Positions 8,071 through 19,818 are shown, counted from the first letter of the stretch. The stretch is 64,000 nucleotides of DNA from an uncultured Planctomycetota bacterium (GCA_963845755.1 CAWJTV010000027.1:96001-160000), one strand, 5' to 3'. Program-made: numbers and translations. The notes: generated by a model not told the origin, from the sequence alone.

Positions 8071-11038
8071 TCACCAGGTCCCCTGTCCCGAGTCGCTCGA
8101 CCAGGTGCCGGCGCCGGTATCCGATTCGGGCTGGGGGACGCTCGGGGGCTCGACCGGGTCCGGGGGAGCCGAAGCCGCCTGGACGACCTGATCGAGGATG
8201 GCGCCGGCCGCGACCGCCGCGGCGGTGGCCCCGGCGCTGAGCGTCGAGCCGAACGGAGAGCCGTCGTGGCTGGCTTGGTAGCGTCGACGGTCGGCATCGG
8301 CCTGCATCTCCCGCCACGAGGCTTGCTGGACCGCGGCCTGATGGGCCTGGCGCGCATGCTGGACGGCCCCGCCGGCACATTGGATCGCCTGCTCGTACTC
8401 CTGGGCGTGGAGCAGTTGCTGGGCACGTTCCAGCGCGGCGTCCGCGCCGGAAGTATCCACGCTGACACCCATCGCGAAGTATCCTTGCGTCTGCTGGATC
8501 GCCCGGGCGGCGTCGGCGATCTCGGCCTCGGCCTGGCCGGCCAGCCGGATGTCCTCCCGGGCGAGGCGTTCGGCCTGCTCCAGGTCGTTGCCGGCATCGC
8601 GGACCGAGGCCAGCAGCCGGGTCCACTCGCCGCGCGACGTCGACAGGTCGAGCCCGACCTGGTCCAGCACCTCGGCGGCGGCCCGGAACCGCTGGTTGGC
8701 GGCGACCCGATCTTCCCGACGGCTGGACAGGAGTCTGGCGACGCGGTCGAGCTCCTGGCGTGCCCGGTCGTACTCCTCGCGCAACTGATCGTAGGTCCGG
8801 ACATCGGCCTCCGCCTGCGACTGCGCGATCGCCAGCTCCTCGAGGGCTTGCGACAACGCGCGGCCCACCGCCGACCAGTCGGGGCGGGATTCCCCGAAGC
8901 CGGCCAGGACCTCGTCCCGGGCGCGGAGGGCGGAGTCCAGGCTTCCCCGGGCGATCTCGCCGACGAGCGGGTCATGCTGGCGGAAGTAGCCCTCGACGCG
9001 ACGAGCGCGGGTCTCCAGCTCCCCGCGCTGCTTCTGGCATTCGGCCCGCGCCGCCGACAGAAGATTCAACTGCTCGCCCAACCCGGACATCAGGCGCAGG
9101 GCAATCTGTTGCTGCTGGGCGAGCTGTTCGAGCCGCTTCGCTCCGGCGAGGTATTGCTGAGAGCGGGCGGATGCCATCGTGGCGGCGTCCGCGGCCAGGC
9201 GGTCGAACGTCGCGACCAGGGCGCGCGTCTGGTCGAGGTTCCGCGCCACGGCCTGCCACGAGCTCGGCGCGAAGCCGCGCTGGAGCTCCTGGTGGTACGA
9301 CTCGGCCTGCGGGATCGCCGAGCGCAGGCGCTCGGTCTCCCGCTGTCGGCCCGCTTGTTCCCGCTCGCAGTACGCCCGGGCCTTCTGGACCTGCTCGACG
9401 ACGCTCCGGGCTTGATCGAGCATCGACCGCGCCGCGTCCAGGGCCTTGGCCGCCTCGTCGGGATTCCCCGCTTGCAACGAAGCCAGGGACTGTGCATGAA
9501 CCTGGTTCCCCTGTTCGAGGAAGGGATCCGGGTTCCCTCCTTCCTCGACCAGTTTGAGCCCCTGCGCCCGGTGATTGGCCACCTGCTGCTCGAGGCCCGC
9601 GAGCGCGGACTTGACCTGTTGCGCACCCTGGAACTGCTTCGCAACGCCCTCCAGCCGGCCGATTAGCCCCTCGGCCCGGGATCGCAGGGCCTCCAGTGCC
9701 GAGCCGGCGCCGATCGGGTCGGCCGTCAATCGCGCGCCGGCCTGGTCCGCTCCGGCGCCGATGGCCGCCTGGTCGTCCTCGTAGGGAGTCAGGGGCAAGC
9801 CCAGTTTCCGGACGGTTTCGAGCTGAGCCCCGATCCGGTCCTTGGCCTCGCCGAGGGCCTGGAGCAAGCCGCGCGCCGACTCGTGCGCCTGGTTGAGCCG
9901 GTCCATGTCCGCAGTGCAAGACCGGGCGCCCGTCTCGATCTCCTCGAACGCGCGGTTCTGCTCCAGCAGCGACTCGGCGTCGTCCAGCTTCTTCCGCTGG
10001 AGTGGCGAGATGACGCTGGCCGCGAGCTTCTGCGCCCGGTCGACGGCGTCCATGACCTGGAGCCAGCGATCCCAGAGCTTGGCCAGCGCGCCTTGCACGG
10101 CCTCATAGAGCGCCTGGGTCTCGCCGGTCAAGGGCGCCTGGAAATCCGGGTCGGTGGCCGGCAGGAGCTTGAGCCGCTCCTTGAGGGCGTCGAGTTGGTC
10201 CATGACATCGGTCGCCTTCGACCGGACCTCCTTGAACCGACTTGCCACCCGGCCCTTGAGCCGACGATGGGCCATCCAGATCAGGCCGACGATGGCCAGG
10301 ACCACCGCAATCAGCGACAGGCCGATTCCGAGGATCACCTCGCGGCCCAGCGATCGCCCCGTGTGTTCCGCGGGCATCGGCGTCTGTGCAATCACGCCAG
10401 GCTGCACGGTCCCCGGCCGATTGGACGGGACCGGTGGCGCGGGGGAAGTCTTGACCTCGGGCGCCGGCTTGGCCGCGACCTCGCGCGCGGCAACCCAGCG
10501 ATCGGTTTCCTGGAGCAGCGCGGCGATCGCCTCCGGATACTTCTCTTGCTTGGCGAGCTTGATGAACGTCGAGGAGCGCCCGACCAGGTCGCGCTGGATC
10601 ACATCACGATGAAGCCCCAGGTCTCGCAGGGCCGTCCCGGGATGAACGGCGATCTTGCGGTTTTCCAGGTCCACCAGGACGACGACCGACCGCTGGGGAT
10701 CCAGCGACAACCCCCGCGCCTTCGCCTGGTCGTGCCATGTCTCATACAGCGAATCCACGTACTTGATCTCGTCCGACGTACCGGGTCCCGACGAGCGCAC
10801 GATCGCCACGTAATACGTCTGCCGGGAGGATTTCTCCAGCCCCGCGATCTGTCCGGGCGAGCGCGGGATACCGATCGGGCACGCCCGCGACGTAGACCCG
10901 ACGGCCATCGAACGCAGGGAACGGCGTCTTGTCCTGCGCCCGCGATGGAGAACCGGCCAGCATCACCCCGAGAGCGATCCATGCGACCCGGCCGATCGGC
11001 CGAAATCGAACCCGGGTCGTCCGCATTGCCAACATCAT
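8071..11038 (-). CDS. Signal peptide + TPM domain + single TM helix + about 650-aa cytoplasmic coiled-coil protein (frameshift near 10855)
   Basis: ORF 10742..11038 supplies the signal peptide (WIALGVMLAGSPSRA-QD). A 1-nt shift joins it to ORF 8071..10908, which has TPM-like SVVVLVDLENRKIAVHPG...YPEAI, the TM VILGIGLSLIAVVLAIVGLIWM, heptad-rich helices and the tail GTWSSDSGQGTW. Confidence 0.82.
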
Positions 11039-11719
11039 GGAACCACACGGCTGGAGCGCCGTCCCAAAGATCGTGAACCTCGTACCCGAAGAGGGGATGT
11101 CCGCCCTTCCGACCGTGGTGGAAGGCCGACCCGTGATGATAACACGAGCCGCACCGTGTCGACGAGGATAGCGATTCCTCTTCGATCCGATCCCACGAGA
11201 CCGAGCCCGGCATCAGGGCGATCGCTGGAGGATCTCCGCCTCGATCCGCTGGCCGAGCCTCAAGGGTGTCGGTTCGAGCAAGGCGATCCGCTTCGGAGCC
11301 GCGAAGCTGCCGCTCACGTGGAATTGTGTCACCTGACACCGAGGGCAGGACGTCTGTGCTTCCGCGTGGCCTGCCGGTTCGGTGTTGCGCGGGCGGACCT
11401 TCCCGGCGATGGGGTGCACCACCTCGAGCGGCGGGTATCCCGATCGATCCCCGGGTGGAGCTCTATGGTCGTCTGCTGTTCCTGGGAGGGGATTCCGCCG
11501 CCTGAGCGACTATCGAGGCTTGCGGTTGAACGTCGTGCGTGGCTGAGATTGGCCGCCCAGCACGAGATCACGATCCGCATGACGCTCGTCGCGCAGGCGC
11601 AGAATCGTCCGACCATGGCCTTCGCGCGTTACCCGCGGCACGCGACCAGCTCGTGGTCCGCCGTGAGCTAAAATATTTATATTTATTAATGCATTCAATT
11701 ATTGAGTTAATCGGAGTCC

Positions 11720-14700
11720 TCAGCCGGTCTCCGTCAACGTCAAGTCGTGATTGTCCCATACCGGCTTCAAGGACCGAGCGCGCGGTGGTGCCAGGCCGAT
11801 CTCCCTGGTGAAGATGCCGGTGTACTCCGCGAAGGTCAAGATCTGGAAGCTGGCGCCGACGGCGGGCACGTAGTTGTCCAGCAGCGACACTTCCAGGGTC
11901 CCGGCCAGCGTGGCGATGCCCGTGATCGCGAGCCGGCCATACTGGTCGGGCCCTGCGATCCGGATGAGCAGCAGGCCGGCCGCCGTCTGCGTGTAGTTCC
12001 CCTGGATGGTCAGGGTTCCGAAGGGGTCGCCGGGCTCGACCGTGGCGGCATTGGTCACGTCGGCCTGGATCGTGCCGGCGCCGGTCAGGACGCCTCCGCC
12101 GAGGTTGACGTTGGCCGCGATGAGCAGGCCATCGACCGTGGTTGTCCCGGCCCACTGGTCATAATTGGCGCCGGTGGTGCTGAAGGTGCCGCCCGCGGCG
12201 ATGATCACGGCGCCGGCGTTGCCGAAGGGGCCCTGTGAGGTCACCGTGCCGCCGCTCGCGACCGTGACCGAGCCGCCGTTGACGACCTCCGTCAGCGTCA
12301 TCTGGCCGGCCCCGTTCTGGGCCACCGTGCCCAGGTTGTCGATCGGGCCGGTGATGGTACTGCTGGGATTTTCGCCGGAGAGCGTGATGCCCTGGTTCAC
12401 GATCACCGTCTGAATGCCGTCAATGAACATGGTGGCGCCAGCGCCGCTCAGATGGACGGTGGCGCTCTGGACGAGCGGGCCGACTGCGAGGGTACTGCCG
12501 GTGCTGTCGAAGAAAACCACGGTGGCGTCGGCGCCGGAGACGTTCAGGTCGGTGTCGAGGGTCAGCCCGTTGATTATAAAGATGTTAGCATCTGAACCCG
12601 ACATGTCCAGCGTGCCGTCCAGGGTCACTCCGCTGAGCTCACCATAGAAGGCCACCAGGTCGTCAGGGCCGTTCGTGGTGATCGTTCCCTGGTTGATTTC
12701 GCCGTTACAGATCAAGGGACCGGTGGAGGCGTTCAGGACCAGGCTCCCACGGGTAATCGGGTTGTCCGCGGGGCTGTTTTCGATGGTGCCAATCAGGTAT
12801 ACCGTGTAGTCGGACAGGTCGAGGTTGGCGCCGAGCTGGTGGAAATGATCCTCGAACTCGTCGGTGCTGAAGTCATCGCCCAGGTAGACGGTGGCGCCCT
12901 TGGCGATCGCCAGGGTGCCGGAGTTTGTCCAGATGTAACTCGGATTCGGCGAGTCGCTCAGGTAGGAGTTGCCCAGGCTCACCGTCGAGGAGGAATCCAC
13001 GTTGATCGTGCCCTGGTTGGTCCAGTTGTCGTACAGGAGCAGCGTGGCGCCCTGGGTGGCGGTGATGGTGCCGTCGGCATTGTTCTTCCAGGCGATGTCA
13101 GCGGGGAAGCCGTTGATGTCGTAGGACCCCTGGCTGTTGAAGAGAACAACGCCGCCGTTGCTAACCTGGATGGAGCCGTCATTGATGACCCCAGAGATGT
13201 CGAGCTCGCCGGCAACGTTCTGCTCGATGGTACCCAGGTTGTCGATCGGCCCTATGATGGCGCTACCGGATGGATTCCTCATTGGAAATGGTGATGCCCC
13301 GGGCCAGGGTCACCGTCGGGCTGGCCGCGCCGTCGAGACTGTTGTGATTATCGATGCCGGCACCACCGCCGTTCAGGTGAATGGTGGCATTCTGGACAAG
13401 AGGACCCACCGCCACGGTACTACCGTCGAGGAAGTTCAGGTCGGCGCCGTCACCGGAGAGGTACAGGTCGGTGTCGAGCGTCAGACCGCCCATGACACCG
13501 ACGACGGGATAAACCCCGGGATAAACCCCCGACATATCCAGGGTGCCGTCCAGCGTCACGCCGTCGAGAGTGCCCCAGTTCGCGATCAGGTCGTCCGTGC
13601 CGTCCGTGGTGATCGTCCCCCGGTCGATTTCGGCCGAGAAGGCGAAGATTCTGGACCCCAGGATCAGCGGGCCGGTCGAGGCATCCAGGGCCAGGATCCC
13701 GCCGGTGATCGGATTGTCGGCGGGACTGTTGTCGAGGGTCCCGATCAGATTGACCGTGTACTGGGACAGGTTGAGGTCGACACCCAGGCTCTGGAAGCCG
13801 TTCTCGTACTCATCGGTGGTGAAGAAGTCACCCAGGTTGATGGTGGCGCCAGGGGCGATCGAAAGCACTCCCGAGTTTTTCCAGATGTCGCGGGCGCCGG
13901 CAAGGTTGAAGGAGAAGTTGCCCAGGCTCACCGTGGAGGCGGCATCCACCGTGATGGTACCGTTGTTGGTCCAGTTGTCGTACAGGTTCAGCGTGGCGCC
14001 GGTCGCCGTGATGGAGCCGTTGGCGGTGGTACTCCAGTCGCCCTGAAGGGTCAGGCTCGTCGAGGCCGGCACGTTGACCGCGCCATCCACAACGACGCCG
14101 TCCAGGGTGCCGCCCGCACTTGTGGTGACGATGGGGGAGGTGCCCGTGATGGTGCCCGCGACGATTTCGCCGCCGGAGAGGTACAGGGGATCGGTCGAGG
14201 CGCCCAGGGTCAGGGTGCCACCGGTGGTCGGGTTGTCCGCGGGGCTGTTGTCGAGGGTCCCGATCAGATTGACCGTGTACTGGGACAGGTTGAGGTGGGC
14301 GCCGAGGTTCTGGAAGCCGCTCTCGAACTCGTCGGTCGTGAAATCATCGCCCAGGTTGACGGCGGCGTCGGGGGCGATCGCCATCGTGCCGGAGTTTTTC
14401 CAGATGTCGCTGGTGGCCGGCGAATCGCTGGCGTAGTTGGCCGGGCTGCCGAGGCTCACCGTCGAGGAGGCGTCCACGCGGATCATGCCATCGTTGGTCC
14501 ACTGGTCGTAGAGGTCTAACGTCCCGCCCTGGGTTGCCGTGATCGTGCCGCGAGCGTTGTTGATCCACGGTTGGCCGGGAACGAGGCCGATCGATGCACC
14601 AAAGAAACCTGTGAAGGCGACAGCGACCTGGCTGTCAACGGTGACGGTGCCGCCCTGGCTGACCTCGACGGTGCCGTCGTTGGCGAGCTCCACAACGGTC

Positions 14701-17258
14701 ATCTGGCCGTCCGTGTTCTGCTCGATCGTGCCCTGGTTGTCGATTGGCCCATAAACGCCGCTGCTGGTGCTCTCGCCGGAGATGGTGATGCCGCGGCCCA
14801 CGGTCACCGTCTGGCTGGGGTCGTTGTTCAGCAGTGCGTTCTGGCCGGTGTTGTTGAACAGGAAAGCACCGGCGCCGCTCAGGTGGATGGTGGCGTTCTG
14901 GACGAGCGGGCCCGCTTCCACCGTGCTGCCGTCGTTGAATTGCAGGTCGGCACCCGAGCCGGAGAGGTCCAGGTCGGTGTTGAGCGTCAGCCCATCAACG
15001 ACCGCCACGGTGGCCCCGTCCGCCGACATGTCCAGGGTTCCGTTCAGGGTCACGCCGTCGAGGGTGCCGCTCGCCGCCGCGAGGGCGGCGCCACCCGTGG
15101 TGGTGATGGTGCCGCCGTCGATGCGGCCGCCGTTCAGGGACCAGCTACCGGTGCTGCTGGTTTGGCCCGGCACCAGCGCCAGCGTTCGATGCCGGTTGTC
15201 CAAGGTGCCGATCAGCTCCACGATGTTGCTGTCCAGGTCGAGCGAGTCGAGGTTGTGAGAGGTGTCGGTGAGCCAGCCGCCCAGCTCGACGGTTGCGTCG
15301 TCGGCGCTGATCGTGCCGTGATTGACCCAGGCGTCGTTTTTGGCATCCGGATCACTCGCAGCCGCGTTCCAGTAATCGCCCAGGATGAGAGTCGAGCCAG
15401 TCGCGGCCGTGATGGTCCCTCTGTTGGTCCAACTGCCTTCCAGCTCCAGGGTCGAGTTGTCCAGCGCCTGGAGCGTGCCGTTGAGCACGCCCCCGTCCAC
15501 GATGCCGATCGCGGTAGGGGGGACCGTGATGGTTGTGCCCGAAGACACGCGGGCGCTCTTGAGCACGCCCCCCATCAGGTTGACGAGGTCGCCGGGCCTG
15601 TCCGCCTGGAACGTGCCCAGGGACCCGCCGCCGGATAGATCGACGGTGCCGGAGTCGAGGTTCAGCGTCACACCGCGGGCCGTCACCGTGAGGCTCCGAA
15701 TCGTGTCGTAGCTCGTGATGGCGTGGTTGACGACGGCGCCGGCGACGTCGATCACCACGTTATCGTCGGGGCCGGGCAGGGCGGATTCGGGAACGTTATG
15801 CCACGCGGGATCCACCCAGGACCAGTTGCCGGGGTCATCCCAGTTGCTGTCGCCCGCGTCGCCGGTCCAGTAGAGGGTCGCCGGGGTCGCGGGGCGGCTG
15901 TCGATCTTGACGAGATCGGGGATGAGGTACTGCGCGTTGGGGGTGCCGAGTCCGGTCACGAGATCGTAGCCGGGGCCGGCCGAGTAGCCATTGTCGCCCT
16001 GGGTGATGTCGTCGAAGGCACGCGGATCGGTCTGCGCGATCTGATAGAGCGCGGGCAAGAGCTGGGTGCCGCCGTCGAAGGTGTTCTCTCCCTTCGCGGC
16101 CCGCGCCTGGTCGGCGATGGCGATCAGGGCGGCCCATTGCGGGGCGCCGATGCTGGTGCCGCCGAACTGCCCCCAGTGGATCTCTGGCGGAGAGCTCAAC
16201 GAGTCGTAGATCGGGACGCCCGTGAGGGGATCGGCGTCATAGGCGACGTCGGGGTCGGTGCGGTAGATCGTGGTTTGGGTGACGGCGCCCTGCTGGTACA
16301 GCGGCTGGGCCTCGAATTGACTGACGCCGCCGCCGCTGGCGATGTACGGATTCGGGTTTACGGGGAGGTTCGCATCGCTGCCGAGGCTCCAGCCGACCTC
16401 CTGGGAGCGATCCGGGTTGCCGTTCTGGTCCGGGGGCAGCGTGGTGCCGCCGACGGCGATCACGTTGGGCGAAACGTTCTGCCAGGCCGGTGGAGCGCCG
16501 AAATCGCCGCTGGACGTGACAAAGGCGACACCCTGGTGGCCGGCGGGGGTGGTGTAAAGGCTGTCATAGGCGTCTTCATTGTTGAACTCGCCGCTGAGGT
16601 CGTAGCTCATGGAGACGACGCAGACGTTGGGCTGGCTGGCCGCGAACTGGACGGCCGTGTCCAGGTCGTTGGGATAGGGACTGTCGGCCTGGACCAGCAG
16701 GATGTCGGCGCCCGGCGCGATGGCGTGGGCCCATTCCACGTCGATGCTTTCCTCCACGTCCCAGCCCGAAGTGCCTGGCCCGGGGACGTCCTGGGGGCTG
16801 CCGCCGTACTGATTGACCACCTGGAGGAAGTGCGTGTCGGTGGCGTTGCCGGCGGCGCCGCCGATCTGGAAGGTCTCGTCGAACTGCTGCACGTCGCCGC
16901 GGATGTCCGGGTCGCCGAAGGCATCGACGATGGCGATGGTCTCTCCTTGGCCCGCCCGGTTCTCGTTCGAGATGCCGGGGACCTGGTCGAAGCCATAAGC
17001 GTCGCGGACCTGAGCCGGAGTGTAGCCGGTGGGGCCCGGCGCGTCCTGCGGCCGTGCTGGGACAAGGTTGAGGACGGCCGAGGACGAGGCGGAGGAACTC
17101 GCCGCCGGACTCGGGTGGCCGGGCGGGAGCTTGGGGAAGACGGGGGCGGCGAGCAGCCGGCGGTCTTCGAGTTGGTCGACGACCAGGCGAAGCCGGGTGA
17201 CCCGACGCCCGGTCTTGCTCCTGGGTTTCCTGGACCAGCCCTGGAATGGGGATGCCAC
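11720..17258 (-). CDS. Large exported S53 (sedolisin/kumamolisin-like) peptidase with a long beta-helix repeat region (frameshift near 13283)
   Basis: LEDRRLL motif, then S53 motifs EESIDVEWAHAIAPGA, SSGD, PDVA, GGTSIGAP and GYDLVTGLGTP, then G/T/N-rich repeats. GTG start at 17258 has an AGGAG RBS. The repeat ITxSxENPS..I.GPIDN spans the frameshift. Confidence 0.85.
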
Positions 17259-17441
17259 GGTGCTAGGCTCCTGGTTGGGACCGAAGATCGGGATGAGCAG
17301 TATGCCGGTTGCGTTCTGCGTGTCGTTGCCCGGCACATTCATAGTGCCGAACGGCTTGCCCGGGGCGATCAGCGCGGTGTTGATCACCTTGGCCTGAATG
17401 GTGCTGGTCCCGTTGACGTGGCTGATGACGTTCATCAACGA

Positions 17442-18491
17442 CTACGTCTCGATGTAGGTCCCGTCGATGTTCGGATCGATCACGGCGGTATTGTTGATTG
17501 TGTTCGCCAGGGTAAAGGCGTCGATATCGACGGTGGCTGCGATCGCAATGAAGAGACCGCCGCCGTAACTTGATGCCTGGCTGGAGCCGGCACCGGGGAC
17601 CGCATTATTGTTGTCCACGGTGGTGGTCGTCAGGACGACCTGTCCGGCGGCGACGTAAAGGGCGCCGCCGTAGGCATTGCCTCCGGTATTGAAGACTACC
17701 GATGAACCGCCCCAGGCGTAATTCCCCGTGATCGTGGTGTTGGCAATGCTGGCGGTGCCACCGGCAATGTACAGAGCCCCGCCGTACGCATCACCGGCCG
17801 GTTCGCTTGGCCCGAACAAGTTGCCGACCTGCGCCCCGCCGTGGGCTTGGTTGCCCTCCATGAGCGTGCCGTTTTCCAAGGTCAGCGACCCGTTGGACCA
17901 AATGCCCCCGCCGGCGTTGCTGGTCCCGCCCCCTTCGTTCGGGTATGGAGAGCCCGCATAGTTTTGCCACACGGTCACCCCGCTGAGCACCAGCGTGCCC
18001 TCGTTCAAGATGCCGCCACCGCCCCCGGCGACGCCTGCGCCAAAGACCATCCCATGATGCAGCGTCAGGTCTTGCAACGTCAGAGACGCCCCGGCAGCCA
18101 CGTCGAGCAGGCGGTACGTGATACCGTACGGGAACCCGTCAGTCAGAGGCCGCTCGATGGTATCGCCGTTGCCGAGGATCGTCAGGTTGTCATTGGCGGC
18201 GATGACCGGCAGGCCGTTACCGCCGTTGGTGGTGTTGTTCCTCGCGGTCAAGTTATAGGGCGAAGTTGTCGGGGCCGTCAGCGTGATGGTATTCGACCCG
18301 CCGGCCTTGTTGGAGGCGTTGATGTCGGCGATCAGGGCCGTCGCGTCGGCGGCGGAGTAAGTCGTCAGCAGGACGCGGTCGTCGAGTTGCTCCAGGACCG
18401 GGCGTGTGCCCCGGCGTGCCGGCCGCGGCAGAGGACGCCGGCTCCGGGAGGGCCCCGATCTCCATGATGCCGGGAACGAATGGAACCGCAT
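17442..18491 (-). CDS. Planctomycete exported protein with GGG(I/L) beta-helix (Pmp-like) repeats
   Basis: LEQLDDRVLL motif, repeated GGGI/YGGAL motifs and a GAGGAG RBS. Confidence 0.85.
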   Translation of the reverse strand: MRFHSFPASWRSGPSRSRRPLPRPARRGTRPVLEQLDDRVLLTTYSAADATALIADINASNKAGGSNTITLTAPTTSPYNLTARNNTTNGGNGLPVIAANDNLTILGNGDTIERPLTDGFPYGITYRLLDVAAGASLTLQDLTLHHGMVFGAGVAGGGGGILNEGTLVLSGVTVWQNYAGSPYPNEGGGTSNAGGGIWSNGSLTLENGTLMEGNQAHGGAQVGNLFGPSEPAGDAYGGALYIAGGTASIANTTITGNYAWGGSSVVFNTGGNAYGGALYVAAGQVVLTTTTVDNNNAVPGAGSSQASSYGGGLFIAIAATVDIDAFTLANTINNTAVIDPNIDGTYIET

Positions 18492-18505
18492 CGTCAGTCT
18501 CCTCT

Positions 18506-18617
18506 CACGAGCTGGTCTGCGATCGAATGCCGGTTCAGGCCCTCCGGCGCGCAGACGGAGCCGCCGAGGCCGGCCGGGTCGGTGAGACTTCCGCTTGGTG
18601 GCGAGGATTCGCCAGCC
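18506..18617 (-). promoter_or_regulatory. Copy 1 of a duplicated ~110-bp upstream leader
   Basis: Similar to 19709-19818, sharing cacgagYtggtctgcgatcgaatgccggt ... gcagacggagc ... gtggcgaggaYtcgcc. Confidence 0.6.
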
Positions 18618-18710
18618 GCACTTTCCTCAAGGATAAACCGAACATGAAATATGACATCGTACATTGATATCTTGAGCTCTCGACCCGATCTCAATCGGAA
18701 CCGGATACCG

Positions 18711-19595
18711 TCACGTTCGACGGGATGATCCTCTCTGGACGTGCCGAGAGAAAACCAGTAGGACCAGTGTGCCGGTCCCGAGGAGGGTTATCGCGGCAGG
18801 CTCCGGTACGCTGCCAGCCATCGTGTCGAGGGTGTATCCGGTGGACAGGCCGGAGACTGTGCCGATCGCGGTCGCCACCCCTGTTGCCGTGTTGATGGTA
18901 AAGATGGACGGGTTTGTGGGTGCGAAGGTGTCGATGCCGTAAAGGGTCGTCCCGTTGGTGACGAGTGCCAGAGGGTCGGCCGATCCCAGGCCGGAGCCTA
19001 CCGCGGTGGCGCCTCCGGTGCTCAGATCGACCACGTAGAGAGTGGAGACGTCGTTCGCGTTCCAGGCGTCGAAGTAGAGCCTCTCATCCGGCCCGAAAGC
19101 CAAGTTGCCGCTGTTGAAACTCCCGAACGATGTACCCAGGGTCCCTACGACGCTCGAGCTGGTGCCGTCGGCGGAAATGTGTTCGAGGGTTGCCGGGAAT
19201 GGCCCGGGTAGCGCACCGGTCTGGTCCACGGCGAAAAAGCCTGCCGCTCCGTCCGAGGCGAGCCCGGTGAAGCCAAAGGAATTGCTGGGCGCGGTAACCG
19301 TGCCAAACCGAGACGTCGCGCCCGAAGGACTGATCGTGTAGACGTTGAAGTTGACATTCCCGCCGTAGAGGGTTCCGCCGGGACCGGCGGTCAGGGAGCC
19401 GAATAGTGGGTTCACCGCCGAAATCCCTGTGAACTGGCCGGTCGTCAGGTCCATCGTCCCGAACAGGTTCGTGGTGCCGTTGTCCGCGGTGGCGTACACC
19501 ACGATGTCCGCCCTTGTCTTCGCTGGCGCGCCCAGCGCCAGGAGTAGCGCCGCCGCCGTCGCGTGAAACCACCGTCGTTTCGCAAAGCTTTTCAT
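18711..19595 (-). CDS. PEP-CTERM sorting domain exported protein (beta-propeller-like)
   Basis: Signal peptide, C-terminal VPEPAAITLLGTGTLVLLVFSRHVQRGSSRRT and a GGAGG RBS. Confidence 0.9.
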   Translation of the reverse strand: MKSFAKRRWFHATAAALLLALGAPAKTRADIVVYATADNGTTNLFGTMDLTTGQFTGISAVNPLFGSLTAGPGGTLYGGNVNFNVYTISPSGATSRFGTVTAPSNSFGFTGLASDGAAGFFAVDQTGALPGPFPATLEHISADGTSSSVVGTLGTSFGSFNSGNLAFGPDERLYFDAWNANDVSTLYVVDLSTGGATAVGSGLGSADPLALVTNGTTLYGIDTFAPTNPSIFTINTATGVATAIGTVSGLSTGYTLDTMAGSVPEPAAITLLGTGTLVLLVFSRHVQRGSSRRT

Positions 19596-19645
19596 CGATC
19601 ACCTCCCCGTTGGTATCGAGTCGAACTGCCGGTTCCCACATCCAT

Positions 19646-19706
19646 GGGGTCAGATCCGTTTAACGTTTTTGAGTTGAAGGATAAATCGAAAACCGGATCT
19701 GACCCC
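19646..19706. repeat. 13-bp inverted repeat element GGGGTCAGATCCG...CGGATCTGACCCC (REP/MITE-like)
   Basis: Perfect inverted repeat around an AT-rich 35-bp loop. Confidence 0.75.
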
Positions 19707-19708
19707 TG

Positions 19709-19818
19709 CACGAGTTGGTCTGCGATCGAATGCCGGTGCAGATCCTCCGGCGCAGACGGAGCGCCCGGGGCCGGCCAGGTGGTTGAGACTCCTGCTCAGT
19801 GGCGAGGACTCGCCGGCC
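19709..19818 (-). promoter_or_regulatory. Copy 2 of the duplicated ~110-bp upstream leader
   Basis: Direct-repeat similarity to 18506-18617. Confidence 0.6.

Noticed and set aside
11100..11700. Short ORFs between the TPM gene and the peptidase
   Set aside because: None has a motif, clear RBS or convincing codon bias; left uncalled.
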